This document shows, piece by piece, positions 8,718-18,392 of a stretch of 64,000 bases of DNA. The translations under genes and the position numbers were made by a program. The notes beneath the pieces were generated by a model, which saw only the letters and a list, made by a program, of their open reading frames with translations, did not search any database and had not been told where the DNA came from. This DNA comes from Alphaproteobacteria bacterium (GTDB lineage: Bacteria > Pseudomonadota > Alphaproteobacteria > UBA2136 > UBA6156). Every line of letters starts with the position of its first letter. The stretch's first letter is position 1. Location of the stretch: positions 23,546-87,545 of the forward strand of contig DATAJX010000006.1 of assembly GCA_036261915.1 (NCBI GenBank), read 5' to 3'.

Positions 8718-9461
8718 TTAGCCAACCGTAATGCCGCTACCGGCCGTAGCGCTGGCCGTCACGTCGGTGGCATTGGCGGCCTGCAACGCACTGGCAAATT
8801 CGGCTCCGCTGATCGAACCATCGCCGTCGCTGTCCAGCTTGTTGAACAACTGGGCCAACCCGTCGGTGCCATGCTTGCGGTGGTTGCCGTAGCTGCTCAG
8901 CGCGTTACTCAGGCGTACCAGGCTGCCCAGGGGCGCATCGCCATTGCCGCTGATCATGCTGCTGGTGCCGTCGGCGGCCGTGGTGCCGCTCACGGTCACG
9001 CCGTCCATGTGGGCGCCGTCGGTGCCGTAGGTGATGTGAAAAACGCTGACACTCAGCGTACTGCCCGGCGGCAGGCCGTTACCGGCAATTTTCTTATAAA
9101 TGTCGGCGGCCAGTTCGCCATCGCTTTTCTGGTCATAGTGGCCCTGCCCGCCGCTGCTGGCGCTTACTTTGTCGGCAAACAGGTTACCGGCAAACTGCTT
9201 GAACTCGGCCAGCGAGATCTGGCCGTCGCCGTCCTTGTCGATGCTCTTGAACAGGTCGCTGGTGTCGGTGCCGGCGCTGCCGCCACTGGCCTGCCCCATC
9301 AGGTCGCCAAACTCACCGGCATTGATGCTGCCGTTGCCGTCGGTATCGACCTTGGCGAACAACCCCTGCAGAAGCGCGGCCAACCCGCCCGACTGCTTAT
9401 CGACCTGGCTGCCTTGGCCCATTTGGCCGGTTTGGCAGGCCCAGCCCACATTCATACTCAT
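8718..9461 (-). CDS. EF-hand calcium-binding domain protein (paralog 2)
   Basis: EF loops DTDGNGSINAGEF, DKDGDGQISLAEF and DSDGDGSISGAEF. It shares the C-terminal SYGNH...LFxxLDSDGxGS module with the downstream gene, and the 15-bp gap suggests an operon. Confidence 0.75.
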   Translation of the reverse strand: MSMNVGWACQTGQMGQGSQVDKQSGGLAALLQGLFAKVDTDGNGSINAGEFGDLMGQASGGSAGTDTSDLFKSIDKDGDGQISLAEFKQFAGNLFADKVSASSGGQGHYDQKSDGELAADIYKKIAGNGLPPGSTLSVSVFHITYGTDGAHMDGVTVSGTTAADGTSSMISGNGDAPLGSLVRLSNALSSYGNHRKHGTDGLAQLFNKLDSDGDGSISGAEFASALQAANATDVTASATAGSGITVG

Positions 9462-9534
9462 GTCATCATCTTTCCGTTGTTATGCAGGGGGTTCTCTCCT
9501 CACCCGCCAACGCTTTAATCAGAATGCATACGCT

Positions 9535-9581
9535 GTGCCAAAACGGCACCTAAACGTGCTTAATGGGCACCAAAGTGCCCA
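9535..9581. promoter_or_regulatory. Two palindromes (GTGCCaaaacGGCAC and TGGGCACcaaaGTGCCCA) that are candidate operators or terminator hairpins
   Basis: They lie upstream of the EF-hand operon and immediately downstream of the mrcA stop. Both share a GGCAC/GTGCC core. Confidence 0.3.
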
Positions 9582-9606
9582 CACAACAATCAGGCCAGGG
9601 GAAGGT

Positions 9607-12156
9607 TTAGTAGATGCCCAGCATGTTCAGCACGCCGCGTTTTTGCGCGGGCTGCTGCGGGGCTTCGCTTTCGCCGGTGGTGGTGGCGTTGGGGCTGGTG
9701 TCCTCCACGCCGGGCACCACGTTCTGGTTAGGCGCTTCATCGGCCGGGTTGCTCTCATCGGCGGGCGGGCCGTTCTTACCGAAAAACCCGCCGAATATAT
9801 CGCCGGCGCCGCCAAACACGCCGGTATCCATGCCGTAGTAGTCGGCCGGGGTCTGCTGGGTGGGCGCGGTGCCGGCCACAAAGGCCTCGGCCATGGTGCG
9901 CTTGGTGGTGGGGCCGGGCAAATAGCCGGTGTCGCGGTCAATGGTGGTAAAATCGATCCCATCGGGCACGGCAAAGTCTTCGCGTGGGGTATTGTCTAGC
10001 ACGCCCTTCATGTAGCTCTTCCAAATGGGTAACGCGGCGCGGGCACCGGTTTCGCCGTTGCCCAGACTCTTGGGCGTATCCATACCCACCCACACACCGG
10101 TGGCCACGCTGGGGCTAAAGCCAACAAACCACGCATCGATAAAGTTATTGGTGGTACCGGTCTTGCCGGCCAGCGGGCGGCCCAGGTCGTTCAGCGCGTA
10201 GCCGGTGCCGCGCAACACCACACCCTGCAACATGCTGGTCATCAGGTAGCTCAGTTGCGGGGTCACGGCGGCCACGGCGGGCAACGCGGGCGGCGTGGGC
10301 ACGGTGTCGGGCGTGGCACCCATGCCTTGCAGGCAACCGTCGCAGGCGGCGGCGCTGCGTTGCAGGGTCTGGCCGTCCGGCCCCTGTACGCGCATGATGG
10401 CGCGGGGCGGAATGTACAACCCGCCGCGCGGGAACACCGCATAGGCGTTGGTCATCTCCATCAGGCTGAAATTCAGCGAACCCAGCACCACGGTCAGGTC
10501 GTCCAGCGGCACGCGCTCGGCCACACCCACGCGGCGCACCACGTCGCTGATCGACTTCAGGCCCACGTCCTGTGCCAGCCGCACGGTCATCAGGTTACGG
10601 CTTTGCTCAAGCCCCCGGCGTACGGGCATGGGGCCACCCATCTTGCCGTCGTAGTTGCCGGGCTTCCATTCCTTGTCGCCGGTGCGGAACACCACGGGCG
10701 CATCAAGCACGGTGGTCGCCGGGGTGTAACCTTTTTCCAAAGCGGCTAAATAAACGAACGGCTTGAAGCTGCTGCCCACCTGGCGCCGGGCCTGCACCGC
10801 GCGGTTAAAGCCGATGCCCTCGCCCAACCCGCCCACCATGGCCAGTATGTCGCCGCTGCGCACATCAATGCTCATCAAGGCACCCTGCGCCTGCGGTATC
10901 TGCTCAAGCTGGTACTGGTCGCCCTTTTTAGGGTCGCCGCCCACCAGTGGTTTCACCATCACAATGTCGCCCACCTTCAGCAGGGCGTTGGCGGTCTTCT
11001 TGCCGGTCCACTTGTAGCCGGCGGGCACCAGGTTGCCCTCTTTGCCTTCGCTCAGGCCGATGCGCGCGCTGTCGCCGCCCACCTTCAGCACCACGGCGGG
11101 CGTACCGATGCGCTTGCTGTGGCTGTACTGGTCCTGCACCTCGCCCAGCGCGGCGGGCCAGTCGCGGGTGTTGCTCAGGTGGAAAACCGGCCCGCGCCAG
11201 CCGTGGCGGCGGTCATAATCGCGCAGGCCTTCATACACGGCCTGCTCGGCCTTTTTCTGCAGGTTCAGATCCAGCGTGGTGTAAATGGTCAGCCCGTTCT
11301 GGTACAGCGCATCCGGGCCAAACTGCTGCTCGATCTGGCGGCGGATGTACTCCGAAAAGTGCGGCGCATCCTCGCCGCTGGCCAGCGGGGCCACTTTCAG
11401 GCCCAGCGGCAGCTTGGCGTCGGCAGCGGCCTCGCTTTCGCTGATGTAACCTTCCTTGGCCATGCGGCCCAAAATGATGTTGCGGCGGGCCAGCGCGGCA
11501 TCGGGGTTGCGCACAGGGTTGTAACGGCTGGGGGCCTGCGGCAGCCCGGCGATCATGGCACGCTCGGCCGGGGTCAGCTCGGCCAGGCTCTTGCTGAAAT
11601 ACGTCTGCGCCGCCGCCGCCACGCCGTAGGCACCGTTGCCCAGGTAAATGCGGTTCAGGTACAGTTCCAAAATCTCGTTTTTGCTGAATACCTTCTCGAT
11701 GCGCCAACTGAGGATAAGCTCCTTCACCTTGCGGGTGTAGGTGCGTTCAGAGCTCAACAAAAAGGTTTTGGCCACCTGCTGGGTGATGGTGCTGGCGCCC
11801 TGCGTGCGGTCGGTCAGCGCGTTCTTCACCGTGGCGCGCAAAATGGCTTTCAGGTCAAAGCCGCCGTGCTCATAAAAGTGGGCGTCCTCGGCCGCCAAAA
11901 AACTGTTCACCACATCTTTGGGAATGGAACCGATCGGCACCCACACGCGCCGCTCGCGGGCAAACTCGGCAATGATCTGGCCGTTGCGGTCATACACCTT
12001 GGTGATCAGGCTGGGCTGCCACTTGCTCAACTGCATGAAGTCGGGCAACTGGGCGCTGAAGTAAGCCACCGCCAACCCGAACACGGCGGCGCCCGCCAAA
12101 ATGCCCAGCACGATCAGCCAGACCAGCGCGCGCAAAAATTTATTCGGTTTCGCCAT
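9607..12156 (-). CDS. mrcA: Penicillin-binding protein 1A (bifunctional transglycosylase/transpeptidase)
   Basis: N-terminal TM, GT51 motifs (EDxxFxxHxG, RIYLGNGAYG) and transpeptidase motifs (SSFKP, KTGTT). Confidence 0.9.
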   Translation of the reverse strand: MAKPNKFLRALVWLIVLGILAGAAVFGLAVAYFSAQLPDFMQLSKWQPSLITKVYDRNGQIIAEFARERRVWVPIGSIPKDVVNSFLAAEDAHFYEHGGFDLKAILRATVKNALTDRTQGASTITQQVAKTFLLSSERTYTRKVKELILSWRIEKVFSKNEILELYLNRIYLGNGAYGVAAAAQTYFSKSLAELTPAERAMIAGLPQAPSRYNPVRNPDAALARRNIILGRMAKEGYISESEAAADAKLPLGLKVAPLASGEDAPHFSEYIRRQIEQQFGPDALYQNGLTIYTTLDLNLQKKAEQAVYEGLRDYDRRHGWRGPVFHLSNTRDWPAALGEVQDQYSHSKRIGTPAVVLKVGGDSARIGLSEGKEGNLVPAGYKWTGKKTANALLKVGDIVMVKPLVGGDPKKGDQYQLEQIPQAQGALMSIDVRSGDILAMVGGLGEGIGFNRAVQARRQVGSSFKPFVYLAALEKGYTPATTVLDAPVVFRTGDKEWKPGNYDGKMGGPMPVRRGLEQSRNLMTVRLAQDVGLKSISDVVRRVGVAERVPLDDLTVVLGSLNFSLMEMTNAYAVFPRGGLYIPPRAIMRVQGPDGQTLQRSAAACDGCLQGMGATPDTVPTPPALPAVAAVTPQLSYLMTSMLQGVVLRGTGYALNDLGRPLAGKTGTTNNFIDAWFVGFSPSVATGVWVGMDTPKSLGNGETGARAALPIWKSYMKGVLDNTPREDFAVPDGIDFTTIDRDTGYLPGPTTKRTMAEAFVAGTAPTQQTPADYYGMDTGVFGGAGDIFGGFFGKNGPPADESNPADEAPNQNVVPGVEDTSPNATTTGESEAPQQPAQKRGVLNMLGIY

Positions 12157-12209
12157 CAGGCCCTATCCATAATCGCAAAGCGTTTAGGCGTAAAGACGAA
12201 AGCTCAAGC

Positions 12210-13781
12210 CTAACGCACCGCTCCGCCGTGGCGCTTGGCGGGCTTGCGGGCGGCGGGCTTCTTCGGCGCAGCGGCGGCGGGCGCAATGGCGGGCAGGCCG
12301 CCCTCCCTTCGGTCGGCGGTCTTGATGGCCGCCGGCGTCTGCAAATGCACATAATGGTCAAGGTAGTTGCGTATGCCCTGCGCAATGGCACCGGCCAGTT
12401 TTTGACGGTAAGCGATGGTCTCCAGCTTGCGCTGTTCGCGCGGGCTGGTCAGGTAGCCCATCTCCACTAAAATGCTCGGCACATCGGGGGCCTTCAACAC
12501 CTTAAAACCGGCAAACAGCGGGTCGGGCTTGCGCACCTCGGTCACGGCCGAAAGCCGGTCCAGCACACTGCGCGCCAGGTAACTGCTGTTGTTCAGCGTG
12601 TCGCGCTGCACCAGGCTGATAAGTATCCCCTGCACCTCGCGGCTTTCGTTCTCAAAGCCCACACCGGCCAGCACGTCGCCGGCGTTTTCGGCGGCGGCCA
12701 ACCGTTCGGCTTCGCGGTCACTGGCCTTTTCGCTCACCATATATACGGTGGCGCCCTGCACGTCGCGGTCCGGGTGGCTGTCGGCATGCAGGCTCACAAA
12801 CAGGTTGGCCTGCGCACGCTCGGCAATGCGCGAGCGGTCGCCCAGCGGAATATACTCGTCGGTCGAGCGCGTATAAATGACCTTGATGCCCTCTTTCTGC
12901 AGCAGCTCACCCACGCGCTTCACCATGTCCAGCGTCAGGTATTTTTCGCACATGCCGTTGCTGCAGGCGCCGGGGTCAACGCCGCCGTGGCCGGCGTCCA
13001 GCGTCACCACCAGCGGGCCTTCGCGGCCGTCGGCCACGTTCTGCACTACCGTGGGCGGCACCACCGCGGCGGGTTTTTCGGTGGTCTGCCCCCCCGCCGG
13101 GCCGGGGCTCGCCACCTCACTGCGGGGGGTGCTCTCAAGCCCGGGCACCTGTACCACCGGCGCCGTCGCGGCATTCTGGCCCGGCGGGCTCCACGCCACG
13201 CTGGTGATCACATCACTCGGCGGCGCTACTTCGGTAGGCTGCTGGCCGGGCTTCAGCGCGGCAATGTCCACGATCAGGCGCGGGCCTTGCGTACTGCCGG
13301 CGGGCAGCGGAAAAACACTCACCCGCGCCCTGGCACTCAAGTCGATCACCATGCGCACCACACCGGGGCGGAACAACCCGGCGCGCATGCCCTTCAGCAT
13401 GCCACCCTGCGGTATCTCCACCAAACTCGGCTGGGTCACGAATTGCACGGCAGGAAAATCCACCACCACGCGGGCGGGCTGGTTGAGGGTGAACCAGCGG
13501 TGGTCCACCGCCTTGTCAAAACTCAGCACAATGCGGGTGCGGCTGCTGGTGCCCGTGCCTTCCTGCGTAATGCGCATGGTCTGCACCTGCGGCACGTGGG
13601 GGCCCAGGTTGTCCTGCGCGCCACCGGCCAAAGGCGGCCAAACCGCGGTCAGCCCCAAAAAGGCGAGCCAAAACGCGGCAGCCACAGCTACCGTCACCAT
13701 CCGCTGTTTGAGAACGTCCCACGAACCCATGCCTTCACCTGCCACTGGTACGGCGCTTGCGTAAACCCTCGCCCGCCACAT
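12210..13781 (-). CDS. N-acetylmuramoyl-L-alanine amidase (AmiC-like, with an N-terminal AMIN-type domain)
   Basis: Amidase_3 motifs (VVTLDAGHGGVDPGA..., SLHADS). The start is uncertain; an alternative start at ~13730 would avoid the overlap with the permease gene. Confidence 0.8.
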   Translation of the reverse strand: MWRARVYASAVPVAGEGMGSWDVLKQRMVTVAVAAAFWLAFLGLTAVWPPLAGGAQDNLGPHVPQVQTMRITQEGTGTSSRTRIVLSFDKAVDHRWFTLNQPARVVVDFPAVQFVTQPSLVEIPQGGMLKGMRAGLFRPGVVRMVIDLSARARVSVFPLPAGSTQGPRLIVDIAALKPGQQPTEVAPPSDVITSVAWSPPGQNAATAPVVQVPGLESTPRSEVASPGPAGGQTTEKPAAVVPPTVVQNVADGREGPLVVTLDAGHGGVDPGACSNGMCEKYLTLDMVKRVGELLQKEGIKVIYTRSTDEYIPLGDRSRIAERAQANLFVSLHADSHPDRDVQGATVYMVSEKASDREAERLAAAENAGDVLAGVGFENESREVQGILISLVQRDTLNNSSYLARSVLDRLSAVTEVRKPDPLFAGFKVLKAPDVPSILVEMGYLTSPREQRKLETIAYRQKLAGAIAQGIRNYLDHYVHLQTPAAIKTADRREGGLPAIAPAAAAPKKPAARKPAKRHGGAVR

Positions 13782-14451
13782 TAAGCCCCACCGCGAGGCA
13801 AATCAGCACCACAGCCGGAACGATAACCAGATGCGGCGCCACCAGTATATAGCGAGCGCCCTCGCGCAGCATGCCACCCAAACTCGGCGCGGGAGGGGCA
13901 ATGCCAAGGCCCAGGTAGCTCAACCCGGCCTCGGCCACCATGCTGCCCGCCGCCACAACCAAAGCTTCAACCAAAAGCGGAGCGGCGATCACCGGCAAAA
14001 TGTGCCGCAGCAAAATGCGCGCCACATCCACGCCGCCCAAACGCGCCGCGTCCACAAACGGCAGCGCCTGCACGCGCCGCACCTCGGCCACCGTCAACCG
14101 GTAAAAACCCACCCAGCCCAGCAAACATAACGCCAGCAGCACATTGCTCAGGCCCGGCCCCAGCAGCGCCGCCAGCGCCAACGCCAGCAACAGGCCCGGA
14201 AAACTCTGCACCACATCGGCCAGCGCATTAAAGGCCATGCGCACGCGCTCGCCGCACCACCCGGCCGCCAGCCCCATGCCAATGCCCACAAGGCCCGTCA
14301 CCAGCGTCACCACAAACGCCACGGTCAGGCTCACCTGCAACCCGCCCACCGCGCGCAAAAAAACGTCGCGGCCCAGCTCGTCACAACCCAGCCAGTGCAG
14401 GCTCGAAGGCGCCGCCAGTATGTGGCCCAAATCGATGGTGAACATATCCAT
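13735..14451 (-). CDS. ABC transporter permease (DppC/OppC-like)
   Basis: N-terminal GxDxLGRDVF motif and six TM segments typical of peptide/nickel permease subunit C. Confidence 0.75.
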   Translation of the reverse strand: MDMFTIDLGHILAAPSSLHWLGCDELGRDVFLRAVGGLQVSLTVAFVVTLVTGLVGIGMGLAAGWCGERVRMAFNALADVVQSFPGLLLALALAALLGPGLSNVLLALCLLGWVGFYRLTVAEVRRVQALPFVDAARLGGVDVARILLRHILPVIAAPLLVEALVVAAGSMVAEAGLSYLGLGIAPPAPSLGGMLREGARYILVAPHLVIVPAVVLICLAVGLNVAGEGLRKRRTSGR

Positions 14452-15356
14452 TACGCGCGCCTCCGCAGCCGCGGGTCGAGCAGCGCCTGCAAAACGTCGG
14501 CCAGCAGAATGGCCAGGCCATAACCCACCGAAATCAGAATCAAACAGCCCTGCACCAGCGGGTAATCGCGCGCCTGCAAACCTTCAACCAAAAGCGAGCC
14601 GATGCCCGGCCAGCCGAACACCGCCTCGGTCAGCACCGTGCCGGTCAACACCATGCCCAGCTGCAAACAGAAAATCAGCACCACCGGGCCCAGCGCGTTG
14701 CGCAGCCAGTGGTGCAGCAAGGCCCCCTGCCCGCCGCCCTTGGCCGCCACGGTCAGGCCGTAGGCCTTGGCGCGTTCTTCCACCAGCGTGGCCGCCAGCA
14801 AACGCGCCAGCACCGCACCCATGCCCAGCCCCAGCGTCACGGCGGGCAGCACCACGCTTGATAATCCTGTCATCCCACTCACGGGGAACCACCCCAGCTT
14901 CACCGCGCCACCCATGATGAGCAGCGGCCCCAGCACAAAGGTCGGCACGGCAATAATGGCCACCACCAGCATCTGGCCGATTCTCGAATTGTGCAGGCCC
15001 AGAAGTATCCCGGCGGGAATACCCACCAGCAGCGCCACCACCATGGCGGCCAGCCCCAGCCAGCCGGTGGCGGGCAACCGCTCAAAAATCATCCCCAGCA
15101 CCGGCTTGCCGCTCACCAGGCTGGTGCCCCAATCGCCATGCAGCAACCCGTTCAGGTACGCGGGCAGCGCCACCGGCCACGCCACATCCAAACCCAGCGC
15201 ATGGCGCAACCGCTCGGCGTCCACCGGCGCGGCCCAGTCGCCCAGCAGCATGGCCACCGGGTCGCCCGGCACCACGCGCAACAGGGCAAATACAACCACC
15301 ACCACCGCCAGCGTGGTCAGCAGCAGTCGCAGCGCGCGGGGCAAAACCGTCCTCAT
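14451..15356 (-). CDS. ABC transporter permease (DppB/OppB-like)
   Basis: Begins MRTVLPRALRLLLTTLAVVVVVFALLRVVPGDPV, a typical DppB N-terminus. The track ORF extends to 15476, but an internal Met at 15356 is the likely start. Confidence 0.7.
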   Translation of the reverse strand: MRTVLPRALRLLLTTLAVVVVVFALLRVVPGDPVAMLLGDWAAPVDAERLRHALGLDVAWPVALPAYLNGLLHGDWGTSLVSGKPVLGMIFERLPATGWLGLAAMVVALLVGIPAGILLGLHNSRIGQMLVVAIIAVPTFVLGPLLIMGGAVKLGWFPVSGMTGLSSVVLPAVTLGLGMGAVLARLLAATLVEERAKAYGLTVAAKGGGQGALLHHWLRNALGPVVLIFCLQLGMVLTGTVLTEAVFGWPGIGSLLVEGLQARDYPLVQGCLILISVGYGLAILLADVLQALLDPRLRRRA

Positions 15357-15476
15357 CGGCGCAGAATACAATTTTTTGTGCCGCAAAGCATCACTCGCGC
15401 TCGTTTTGGCACCTAAAAGCGACACCTGTGCATCATAAGTGTACAGCTTACCGACAGCCCAACATCCATTCAGCAT

Positions 15477-15755
15477 CGCTTGCGCACACCCCGAATAGAG
15501 ACTATATATAAGGGCAACGGAAGCCCCATAAACCGGCCTCCAGATACAAACAAATTTCGCTGTACCGCCAGTAACTTAGGTAACAAACCTAACCTTGCCC
15601 GGCACCACAGCCCAACCAAACCGCCAGTTAAACGCTGCGGTTACCGAAGAAAAGCTTTTAAAGGTCTAAAATGTTTAGCCTTTTATCAACAGCACTCCTT
15701 CTGGCCCTTACCGGGGCATATGCGGCGTTTACCTTGCACATCAAGGAGATAGCCC
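15477..15755 (+). promoter_or_regulatory. Long rne 5' leader/promoter region
   Basis: There are 279 nt of non-coding sequence upstream of rne. RNase E genes characteristically carry long autoregulatory 5' UTRs. Confidence 0.4.
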
Positions 15756-18296
15756 ATGAAAAAAATGCTTATCGACGCAACCCACAGCGACGAACAACGG
15801 GTCGTGCTGCTCGACGGTAATTACGTCGACGATTTCGAAGCCGAAACCTCGGGTAAAACCCAAACCAAATCAAACATCTACGTGGCCCATGTGAGCCGCG
15901 TCGAACCCTCGCTGCAGGCCGCATTCATCAGCTACGGCGCGGTCCGCAACGGCTTTCTGGCCTTCGGCGAAGTCCACCCCGCCTTCTTCAACCTGCCCAA
16001 GGCCGAAAAAGCCGAACTGTTAGAAGAACTTATCGACGTCGCCGCCCGCCGCCGCCAACGCGATGGCGACGAACTCCCCGGCCTGCCGCCCGCCGAAAGC
16101 GCCGACATCAGCGACGAAGCCGCGGTCGAGCTGGCCACCACCCAGGCCGACGAGCCCCAACCCGCTGAAACTTCAGGCAAAAAACGCCCCCGCCGCGCGC
16201 CCACCAGCGCCGCCGCCAAGGCCGAATCGGCCAAGGAAGTCCGTGGCGAAGAAGCCAAAAAATCCAAGAATTTCGAGCGCAAACCACCCATCCACCGCCG
16301 CTACCGCATCCAGGACGTGCTGAAGGAAGGCCAAAAGATTCTCATCCAGGTCGTCAAGGAAGAACGCGGCACCAAGGGCGCGGCGCTCACCACCTACTTC
16401 AGCCTGCCCGGCCGCTACACCGTGCTGATGCCCAATACGCCTTACGCCGGTGGCATTTCGCGCAAGATCACCGACCATGACGAACGCCGCCAACTGCGCG
16501 ACACCTACGCCGCGCTCAAAATTCCCAACGAAATGGGCCTCATCATCCGTACCGCCGGGGTAGGTCAGGAAATCGCCGCCATCCGCCGCGATTACGACAA
16601 TCTCACCAGCCTCTGGAGCAACATCACCGAAAAGTTCGCCAAGGAAGACGACATCCAGTGCGTGCACGAAGACGGCTCCCTCATCATCCGCGCCATGCGC
16701 GACATGATGAGCGACGACGTCGAAGAAGTGGTCATCGCCGGTAAAGCCGCCGCCAAAACGGCCAAGGATTACTGCAAGAGCCTGATGCCCAACGTCGCCA
16801 AGATTTTGCACGAACACAAGGAGGATACTCCCTTATTCGCGCACTACGGGGTCGAAGAAAAGCTCAACCAGCTGCACCACAGCCGCGTGGTGCTGCCCAG
16901 CGGCGGTTACCTGGTCATCAACCCCACCGAGGCGCTGGTGGCCATCGATATCAACAGCGGCCGCGCCACGCAGGAACGCAACATCGAAGAGACCGCCTTT
17001 AAAACCAACATGGAAGCGTCGGAAGAGATCGCCCGTCAGATCCGCCTGCGCGACCTGGCCGGGCTGATCGTGGTCGACTTCATCGACATGGAAGACCACC
17101 GCAATACGCGTAAGGTCGAAAATGCCATGCGCCGCGCCCTGCGCCGCGACCGCGCGCGCATCCAGTTCGGCAACATCTCCGATTTCGGCCTCATGGAAAT
17201 TTCCCGCCAGCGCCTGCGCCCGAGCTTTGGCGAAAGCCACTTCATCACCTGCCCGCACTGCCAGGGCAGCGGCCACGTGCACAGCCCGGCCACGGCGGCT
17301 TTGATGATTTTACGCCGCCTGGAAGACGACGATACCCACGGCGCCGACCGCGTGTACATCTCCACCAGCCCCGAGCAGGTGCTGTGGATGCTGAACCACA
17401 AGCGCGACCACATCCGCGAACTGGAAAGCAAGTACAAGTTCTCCATCCAGTTCAAGGCCGACCCCGCGCTCATCGCGCCCGACCACCGCCTCGACCTCAC
17501 CCGCGTGAAGTCCGACGGTACCGAAACCAGCCAGACCATCAACGTGAGCCTGCGCGAGCAGCCCGAACTGCCGCCCGAACTGCGCATGCGCGAACGTGGC
17601 CGCAACCGTGGGCGTGATCGCGATAACGGCGGCGAAAACCGCCCCAAACGCGACCGTGACGACGACCGTCCGCAGCGCAACGAACACCGTGCCGATAACA
17701 GCGACCGCGAAGACCGGAATGATGACGCACGCGACAATAACCGCAGCAACCGCGAACGCGGCGGCAAAGGCCGTGGCCGCGATCGTGGCGGCCGTGACCG
17801 CAACGACCGTGGCGGCAACCGCCACGACGCCCCGCGCCGCCCGCAGCGCATCAGTGCCGAGGCCGCCGAGTCTTCGGCCGACGCCACCGAAAGCCGCGCC
17901 GTGGCCGCCGGTAGCGCCAGCGAAGGCAATACCAATGGCAAGCGCCCGCAGCGCGATGGCAACCGCGATAACAACCGTGGCAACGTGCGCCCGGCCCGCC
18001 CGCAACGTGCCGCCGCCCCTGTCGAAGACCAGCCCCTGCTGGTACAGCAGGTCACGGTGAGCGCCGACGATAACGATGCCCCCGCCATCAAGGCCGCCCC
18101 GCGCAAAAAGGTGGCCATCAAACGGCAGGAGGACACCGACGCCGCCGACGCCCCCCTGCAGGTGGAAAAGGTGAGCGACTCGGGCAGCGGCAGTAAGATC
18201 GCCCGCGCCACGGCCAAGGTCGAAAAGACCGACAAGCCCGCGCCCAAAGCCCCGAAAGAAGGCAGCATCCTCGCCCGCCTGATGGGCAAGCAATAA
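15756..18296 (+). CDS. rne: Ribonuclease E
   Basis: Has the S1 and catalytic domain (MKKMLIDATHSDEQRVVLLDG...) and an Arg/Asp/Asn-rich low-complexity C-terminal scaffold. Confidence 0.9.
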   Translation: MKKMLIDATHSDEQRVVLLDGNYVDDFEAETSGKTQTKSNIYVAHVSRVEPSLQAAFISYGAVRNGFLAFGEVHPAFFNLPKAEKAELLEELIDVAARRRQRDGDELPGLPPAESADISDEAAVELATTQADEPQPAETSGKKRPRRAPTSAAAKAESAKEVRGEEAKKSKNFERKPPIHRRYRIQDVLKEGQKILIQVVKEERGTKGAALTTYFSLPGRYTVLMPNTPYAGGISRKITDHDERRQLRDTYAALKIPNEMGLIIRTAGVGQEIAAIRRDYDNLTSLWSNITEKFAKEDDIQCVHEDGSLIIRAMRDMMSDDVEEVVIAGKAAAKTAKDYCKSLMPNVAKILHEHKEDTPLFAHYGVEEKLNQLHHSRVVLPSGGYLVINPTEALVAIDINSGRATQERNIEETAFKTNMEASEEIARQIRLRDLAGLIVVDFIDMEDHRNTRKVENAMRRALRRDRARIQFGNISDFGLMEISRQRLRPSFGESHFITCPHCQGSGHVHSPATAALMILRRLEDDDTHGADRVYISTSPEQVLWMLNHKRDHIRELESKYKFSIQFKADPALIAPDHRLDLTRVKSDGTETSQTINVSLREQPELPPELRMRERGRNRGRDRDNGGENRPKRDRDDDRPQRNEHRADNSDREDRNDDARDNNRSNRERGGKGRGRDRGGRDRNDRGGNRHDAPRRPQRISAEAAESSADATESRAVAAGSASEGNTNGKRPQRDGNRDNNRGNVRPARPQRAAAPVEDQPLLVQQVTVSADDNDAPAIKAAPRKKVAIKRQEDTDAADAPLQVEKVSDSGSGSKIARATAKVEKTDKPAPKAPKEGSILARLMGKQ

Positions 18297-18320
18297 GCGT
18301 TAAAGCTTGTCATACAGCAA

Positions 18321-18357
18321 AACCCGTCACCACTTAAGGTTGACGGGTTTTGTTTTT
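18321..18357 (+). terminator. Rho-independent terminator of rne
   Basis: aacccgtcaccacttaaggttgacgggtt stem followed by a T-run. Confidence 0.7.
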
Positions 18358-18392
18358 GGCGCCACGTTAAGCCCAACAATAAAGGGCATCGC

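Noticed and set aside
7737-9518. 593-aa plus-strand ORF opposite the EF-hand gene pair
   Set aside because: The minus strand encodes two proteins with six textbook EF-hand loops. The plus-frame product is low-complexity.
14451-15476. Longer N-terminal extension of the DppB-like permease (track start at 15476)
   Set aside because: The 40 extra residues (MLNGCWAVGKLYTYDAQVSLLGAKTSASDALRHKKLYSAP) do not resemble any permease N-terminus. The MRTVLPRALRLLL... start at 15356 matches the family.
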